Assembly (NCBI RefSeq): GCF_009914755.1
Contig: NC_060933.1
Source of the DNA: the human T2T-CHM13v2.0 reference genome, Homo sapiens
Length of the DNA stretch: 64,000 nt
Strand: one strand, 5' to 3'
The first letter of the stretch is position 1, and every line of letters begins with the position of its first letter. The notes under the pieces were generated by a model. It searched no databases. It was not told where the DNA came from and was given only the letters and a program-made list of their open reading frames with translations. This document shows positions 57,120-64,000 of the stretch, piece after piece. Made by a program: the position numbers and the translations under genes.

Positions 57120-60100
57120 TCCATTCCATTCCATTCCATTCCAGTCCTTTCCATTCCATTCCTCTCGGGTTGATTCCATTCTATTAGTTTCCATTCCATT
57201 CCATTCCCTTCCATTCCACTCTGGTTGATTCCATTCCTTTCCATTCCACTCGAATACATTCCCTCCTATTCCACTCGGAACGATTCCATTCCATTCCATT
57301 CCATTCCATTCCATTCCATTCCATTCCATTTCGTTCCATTCCATTCTATTCCGTATCCTTCCATTCCATTCCATTCCATTCCATTCCCCTGCAGTCGAGT
57401 TGTTTCCATTCCATTCCATTCCCTTCCATTCCATTCCATTCCATTCCATTCCGATCCGTTCCATTCCATTCCATTCCATTCTATTCGGGTTAATTCCATT
57501 CCATTCCATTCCATTCCATTCCATTCCATTCCATTCCATTCCAATCGAGTTGATTCCATTCCATTCCATTCCATTCCATTCCATTCCATTTCACTCCATT
57601 CCAGTCCTTTCCATTCCATTCCACTCGGGTTGATACCAATGTATTCCTTTCCATTCCATTCCATTCCATTGCAATCGAGTTGATTCCATTGCTTTGCATT
57701 CCATTCCATTCCATTCCATTCCGGATGATTCCATTCCATTGCATTCCATTCCATTCCATTCCTCTCCATTCCATTGCACTCGGGTTGATTCCATTCCATT
57801 CCATTCCATTCCATTCCATTACATTACATTACATTCCATTCCGTTCCTTTGTACTCGGGTTGATTCCATTCCATTGCATTCCATTCCATTCCATTCCATT
57901 CCATTCCATTCCATTCCATTCCGTTCGATTCCATTACATTCGGATTGATTCTATTCAACTCCCTTACTCTCCATTACATTCCATTCCATTCGGGTTGTTC
58001 CATTCCATTCCATTCCATTCCACTCCATTCCATTGTGCTCGGGTTGATTCCATTCCATTCCATTCCATTCCATTCCATTCAATTCCATTCCATTCCGGAT
58101 GATTCCATTCCATTGCATTCCGTTCCATTACATTCCCTTGCACTCGGGTTGATTCCATTCCATTCCATTCCATTCCATTCCATTCCAATTCTTTCCATTC
58201 CATTCTATTCCGTACCATTCCATTCCATTCCATACAATTCCATTCCATTCCATTCCACTCCGTTCCGTTCCTTTCCGTTCTGTTCCGTTCCATTCCATTC
58301 CATTCCATTCTATTCGGTTTAATTCCATTCCATTCCATTCCATTCCATTCCATTCTATTTCATTCCATTGCAATCGAGTTGAATCCATTGCATTCCATTC
58401 CATTCCTTTCCATTCCGGAAGATTCCATTCCATTGCATTCCATTCTATTCCATTCCATTCCATTCCATTCCATTCCATTCCATTCCATTCCATTGTACTC
58501 GGGTTGATTCCATTCCATTGCATTCCATTCCATTCCATTCCATTCCGTTCCATTCCATTCCATTACATTCGGATTGTTTCTTTTCAACTCCCTTACTCTC
58601 CATTACATTCCATTCCATTCGGGTTGTTCCATTCCATTCCATTCCATTCCACTCCATTCCATTGCACTCGGCTTGATTCCATTCCATTCCATTCCGGATG
58701 ATTCCATTCCACTGCATTCCGTTCCATTACGTTTCCCTGCACTCGGGTTGATTCCATTCCATTCCTTTCCATTCCATTCGATTCCATTCCCTTCCCCTGC
58801 ACGCGCGTTGATTCCATTCCATTCCATTCCATTCCATTCCATTCCATTCCTTTCCATTCCATTCCTTTCCCTTCCATTCCATTCCATTCCATTACATTCC
58901 GTTCCGTTCCATACCATTCCATTCCATTCTATTCGGGTTAATTCCATTCCATTCCATTCGATTGCAATCGAGTTGATTCCATTCCATTCCATACCATTCG
59001 ATTGCAATCGAGTTGATTCCATTCCATTCCATTCCATTCCATTCCATTCCAGTCCTTTCCATTCCTTTCCATTCCATTACTGATGATTCCATTCCATTCC
59101 ATTCCATTCCATTCCATTCCATTACATTCCATTCCATTCCGTTCCATTGTACTCGGGTTGATTCCATTCCATTGCATTCCATTCCATTCCATTCCATTCC
59201 ATTCCATTCCATTCCATTCCGTTCCATTCCATGACATTCGGATTGATTCTATTCAACTCCCTTACTCTCCATTACATTCCATTCCATTGGGGTTGTTCCA
59301 TTCCATTCCATTCCATTCCACTCCATTCCATTGCACTCGGGTTGATTCCATTCCATTCCATTCCATTCCATTCCATTCCACTGCACTCGCGTTGATTCCA
59401 TTCCATTCCATTCTATTCCATTCCATTCCCTTCCTTTCCGTTCCATTCCATTACATTCCATTCCATTCCCCTGCACTCGCGTTGATTCCATTCCATTCCA
59501 TTCCATTCCATTCCTTTCCATTCCAGTCCTTTCCATTCCATTCCACTCGGGTTGATTCCATTCTATTAGTTTCCATTCCATTCCATTCCCTTCCATTCTA
59601 CTCTGGTTGATTCCATTCCTTTCCATTCCACTCGAATACATTCCCTCCTATTCCACTCGGAACGATTCCATTCCATTCCATTCCATTCCATTCCATTCCA
59701 TTCCATTTCGTTCCATTCCATTCTATTCCGTATCCTTCCATTCCATTCCATTCCATTCCATTCCCCTGCAGTCGAGTTGTTTCCATTCCATTCCATTCCC
59801 TTCCATTCCATTCCATTCCATTCCATTCCGATCCGTTCCATTCCATTCCATTCCATTCTATTCGGGTTAATTCCATTCCATTCCATTCCATTCCATTCCA
59901 TTCCATTCCATTCCAATCGAGTTGATTCCATTCCATTCCATTCCATTCCATTCCATTCCATTCCACTCCATTCCAGTCCTTTCCATTCCATTCCACTCGG
60001 GTTGATACCAATGTATTCCTTTCCATTCCATTCCATTCCATTGCAATCGAGTTGATTCCATTGCTTTGCATTCCATTCCATTCCATTCCATTCCGGATGA

Positions 60101-62458
60101 TTCCATTCCATTGCATTCCATTCCATTCCATTCCTCTCCATTCCATTGCACTCGGGTTGATTCCATTCCATTCCATTCCATTCCATTCCATTACATTACA
60201 TTACATTACATTCCGTTCCTTTGTACTCGGGTTGATTCCTTTCCATTGCATTCCATTCCATTCCATTCCATTCCATTCCGTTCCATTCCATTACATTCGG
60301 ATTGATTCTATTCAACTCCCTTACTCTCCATTACATTCCATTCCATTCGGGTTGTTCCATTCCATTCCATTCCATTCCACTCCATTCCATTGTGCTCGGG
60401 TTGATTCCATTCCATTCCATTCCATTCCATTCCATTCCATTCCATTCCGGATGATTCCATTCCATTGCATTCCGTTCCATTACATTCCCTTGCACTCGGG
60501 TTGATTCCATTCCATTCCATTCCATTCCATTCCATTCCATTCCATTCCAATTCTTTCCATTCCATTCTATTCCGTACCATTCCATTCCATTCCATACAAT
60601 TCCATTCCATTCCATTCCACTCCGTTCCGTTCCTTTCCGTTCTGTTCCGTTCCATTCCATTCCATTCCATTCTATTCGGTTTAATTCCATTCCATTCCAT
60701 TCCATTCCATTCCATTCTATTCCATTCCATTGCAATCGAGTTGAATCCATTGCATTCCATTCCATTCCATTCCATTCCGGAAGATTCCATTCCATTGCAT
60801 TCCATTCCATTCCATTCCATTCCATTCCATTCCATTCCATTCCATTCCATTGTACTCGGGTTGATTCCATTCCATTGCATTCCATTCCATTCCATTCCAT
60901 TCCATTCCATTCCGTTCCATTCCATTACATTCGGATTGATTCTATTCAACTCCCTTACTCTCCATTACATTCCATTCCATTCGGGTTGTTCCATTCCATT
61001 CCATTCCATTCCACTCCATTCCATTGTGCTCGGGTTGATTCCATTCCATTCCATTCCATTCCATTCCATTCCATTCCATTCCGGATGATTCCATTCCATT
61101 GCATTCCGTTCCATTACATTCCCTTGCACTCGGGTTGATTCCATTCCATTCCATTCCATTCCATTCCATTCCATTCCATTCCAATTCTTTCCATTCCATT
61201 CTATTCCGTACCATTCCATTCCATTCCATACAATTCCATTCCATTCCATTCCACTCCGTTCCGTTCCTTTCCGTTCTGTTCCGTTCCATTCCATTCCATT
61301 CCATTCTATTCGGTTTAATTCCATTCCATTCCATTCCATTCCATTCCATTCTATTCCATTCCATTGCAATCGAGTTGAATCCATTGCATTCCATTCCATT
61401 CCATTCCATTCCGGAAGATTCCATTCCATTGCATTCCATTCCATTCCATTCCATTCCATTCCATTCCATTCCATTCCATTCCATTCCATTGTACTCGGGT
61501 TGATTCCATTCCATTGCATTCCATTCCATTCCATTCCATTCCGTTCCATTCCATTCCATTACATTCGGATTGATTCTTTTCAACTCCCTTACTCTCCATT
61601 ACATTCCATTCCATTCGGGTTGTTCCATTCCATTCCATACCATTCCACTCCATTCCATTGCACTCGGCTTGATTCCATTCCATTCCATTCCGGATGATTC
61701 CATTCCACTGCATTCCGTTCCATTACGTTTCCCTGCACTCGGGTTGATTCCATTCCATTCCTTTCCATTCCATTCGATTCCATTCCCTTCCCCTGCACGC
61801 GCGTTGATTACATTCCATTCCATTCCATTCCATTCCATTCCTTTTCATTCCATTCCTTTCCCTTCCATTCCATTCCATTCCATTACATTCCGTTCCGTTC
61901 CATACCATTCCATTCCATTCTATTCGGGTTAATTCCATTCCATTCCATTCGATTGCAATCGAGTTGATTCCATTCCATTCCATACCATTCGATTGCAATC
62001 GAGTTGATTCCATTCCATTCCATTCCATTCCATTCCATTCCATTCCAGTCCTTTCCATTCCTTTCCATTCCATTACTGATGATTCCATTCCATTCCATTC
62101 CATTCCATTCCATTCCATTACATTCCATTCCATTCCGTTCCATTGTACTCGGGTTGATTCCATTCCATTGCATTCCATTCCATTCCATTCCATTCCATTC
62201 CATTCCATTCCGTTCCATTCCATTACATTCGGATTGATTCTATTCAACTCCCTTACTCTCCATTACATTCCATTCCATTGGGGTTGTTCCATTCCATTCC
62301 ATTCCATTCCACTCCATTCCATTGCACTCGGGTTGATTCCATTCCATTCCATTCCATTCCATTCCATTCCCCTGCACTCGCGTTGATTCCATTCCATTCC
62401 ATTCTATTCCATTCCATTCCCTTCCTTTCCGTTCCATTCCATTACATTCCATTCCATT
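57120..62458 (+). repeat. ~2.37-kb near-tandem duplication (57120-59468 vs ~59500-62458), second copy expanded by an internal 634-bp duplication
   Basis: Offsets 2382-2357 before and 2996-2991 after the insert (ORF starts 57225/59607, 57680/60052, 58504/61500, 58892/61883); shared GTATCCTT, GCAGTCGAGTTGTTT, TGATACCAATG, TTGGGGTTG variants. Confidence 0.92.
60230..61500 (+). repeat. 634-bp tandem duplication
   Basis: TGTGCTCGGG at 60391 and 61025; near-identical ORFs 60308..60949 and 60942..61583. Confidence 0.92.
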
Positions 62459-64000
62459 CCGTTCCGTTCCGTTCCATTGCATTCCATTCCATTCTATTCG
62501 GGTTAATTCCACTCCATTCCATTCGATTGCAATCGAGTTGATTCCATTCCATTCCATTCCATTCCATTCCATTCCTTTCCATTCCATTACGGATGATTCC
62601 ATTCCATTGCATTCCATTCCATTCCATTCCGCTGTACTCGGGTTGATTCCATTCCATTACATTCCAATCCATGCCATTCCACTCGTGTTGATTTCATTCT
62701 TTCCATTCCATTCAAGTTGAATCCATTCCATTGCATTCCATTCCATTCGATTCCATTCGATTGCACTCGGGTTGATTCCATTCCACTGCATTCCATTCCA
62801 TTCCATTCCATTCCATTCCGTTCCATTCCATTCCATTACATTCGGATTGATTCTATTCAATTCCCTTAGACTCCATTACATTCCATTCCATTCGGGTAGT
62901 TTCCATTCCATTCCATTCCATTCCCCTCCATTCCATTGAACTCGGGTTGATTCCATTCCATTCCATTCCATTCCATTCCATTCAATTCCATTCCGTTCCA
63001 TTCCATTCCATTACATTCGGATTGATTCTATTCAACTCCCTTTCTCTCCATTACATTCCATTCCATTCGGGTTGTTCCATTCCATTCCATTCCATTCCAC
63101 TCCATTCCATTGCACTCGGGTTTATTCCATTCCATTCCATTCCATTCCATTCCATTCCATTCCGGAATATTCCATTCCATTGCATTCCATTCCATTCCAT
63201 TCCATTGCATTCCATTCCATTCCATTCCCCTGCACTCGCGTTGATTCCATTCCATTCCATTCCATACCATTCCTTTCCGTTCCATTCCATTCCATTCCAT
63301 TCCATTCCAATCCATTCCATTCCGTTCCGTTCCGTTCCATTCCATTCCATTCCATTCTATTCGGGTTAATTCCATTCCATTCCGTTCGATTGCAATCGAG
63401 TTGATTCCATTCCATTCCATTCCATTCCATTCCATTCCTTTCCATTCCATTACGGATGATTCCATTCCATTGCATTCCGTTCCATTCCATTCCTCTGTAC
63501 TCGGGTTGATTCCATTCCATTCCATTCCAATCCATGCCATTCCACTCGTGTTGATTCCATTCTTTCCATTTGATTCAAGTTGAATCCATTCCTTTGCATT
63601 CCATTCCATTCCATTCCCCTGCAGTCGGGTTGTTTCCATTCCATTCCATTCCATTCCCCTGCTGTCGGGTTGTTTCCATTCCATTCCATTCCATTCCATT
63701 CCATTCCATTCCATTCCGTTCCGTTCCATTCCATTCCATTCCATTCTATTCGGGTTAATTCCATTCCATTCCATTCCATTCCATTCCAATCGAGTTGATT
63801 CCATTCCATTCCATTTCATTCCATTCCACTCCAGTCCTTTCCATTCCTTTCCATTCCATTACGGATGATTCCATTCCATTGCTTTCCATTCCATTCCATT
63901 CCCCTGTACTCGGGTTGATTCCATTCCATTCCATTCCAATCCATGCCATTCCGTTCCGTTCCATTCCATTCCATTCCATTCCATTCCATTCCATTCCGTT

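Larger units (their letters stand above)
1..64000 (+). repeat. Satellite III (HSat3) array, (CATTC)n on the + strand, human or great-ape pericentromeric-type heterochromatin
   Basis: Continuous CATTC pentamers end to end, interrupted every few tens of bp by linkers ACTCGGGTTGAT, AATCGAGTTGAT, ACTCGCGTTGAT, CGGATGAT, TTCGGGTTAAT. CATTC plus interspersed CAACCCGAGT (minus strand) is the established HSat3 signature; it is not dominated by CATTCGATTC as HSat2 is. No orientation switch seen. Confidence 0.97.

Noticed and set aside
1-64000. Hundreds of ORFs (MEWNG / IPFHS repeats, up to 369 aa)
   Set aside because: A 5-bp repeat without stop codons yields the same pentapeptide in all frames on each strand; ORFs overlap in every frame and indels occur in multiples of 5, not 3. 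No evidence of coding.
1-64000. CRISPR-like alternation of conserved words and variable intervals
   Set aside because: Intervals are CATTC runs, not unique spacers; no constant lengths, leader or cas genes.
1-64000. Assignment to Y-chromosome DYZ1 or to HSat2
   Set aside because: No regular ~3.5-kb period and only two EcoRI sites seen; not CATTCGATTC-dominated. A specific chromosome or subfamily needs a k-mer search I cannot run.
1-64000. Inversion, Alu/L1 insertion or alpha-satellite/CENP-B box
   Set aside because: No GAATG runs on the + strand, no poly(A), no non-pentamer sequence longer than the linkers and no 171-bp monomers were seen.
1-64000. G-quadruplex on the G-rich minus strand
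   Set aside because: Mostly GG doublets with isolated GGG/GGGG too far apart. Unusual fold-back structures of (GGAAT)n are already known and not specific to this window.

Overview
The whole 64-kb window is classical satellite DNA: a unidirectional (CATTC)n/(GAATG)n pentamer array punctuated by short diverged linkers such as ACTCGGGTTGAT (reverse complement ATCAACCCGAGT), the signature of human (or great-ape) Satellite III / HSat3 pericentromeric heterochromatin. I find no gene, RNA gene, transposon, CRISPR array or unique sequence. The ORF track (MEWNG/IPFHS repeats) is an artefact of translating a stop-free 5-mer. I found no new protein-coding system. The information is in the architecture: (i) a ~9.4-kb near-identical duplication (4.7-14.2 kb vs 16.4-25.9 kb) with what looks like a collapsed third copy between them; (ii) further nested duplications with offsets of ~9.15 kb, 4378, ~2.37 kb, 634, 260, 244 and 160 bp; (iii) a central ~34-41 kb domain with its own linker vocabulary and five diverged ~1-kb units; (iv) about 39 perfect three-unit heat-shock elements (nTTCnnGAAnnTTCn) and many copies of a perfect 14-bp palindrome (TCGATTGCAATCGA), both missing from the central domain; (v) a strong -1 bias in pentamer register shifts. 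All counts and boundaries were read by eye and are approximate; chromosome and subfamily cannot be assigned without a search.
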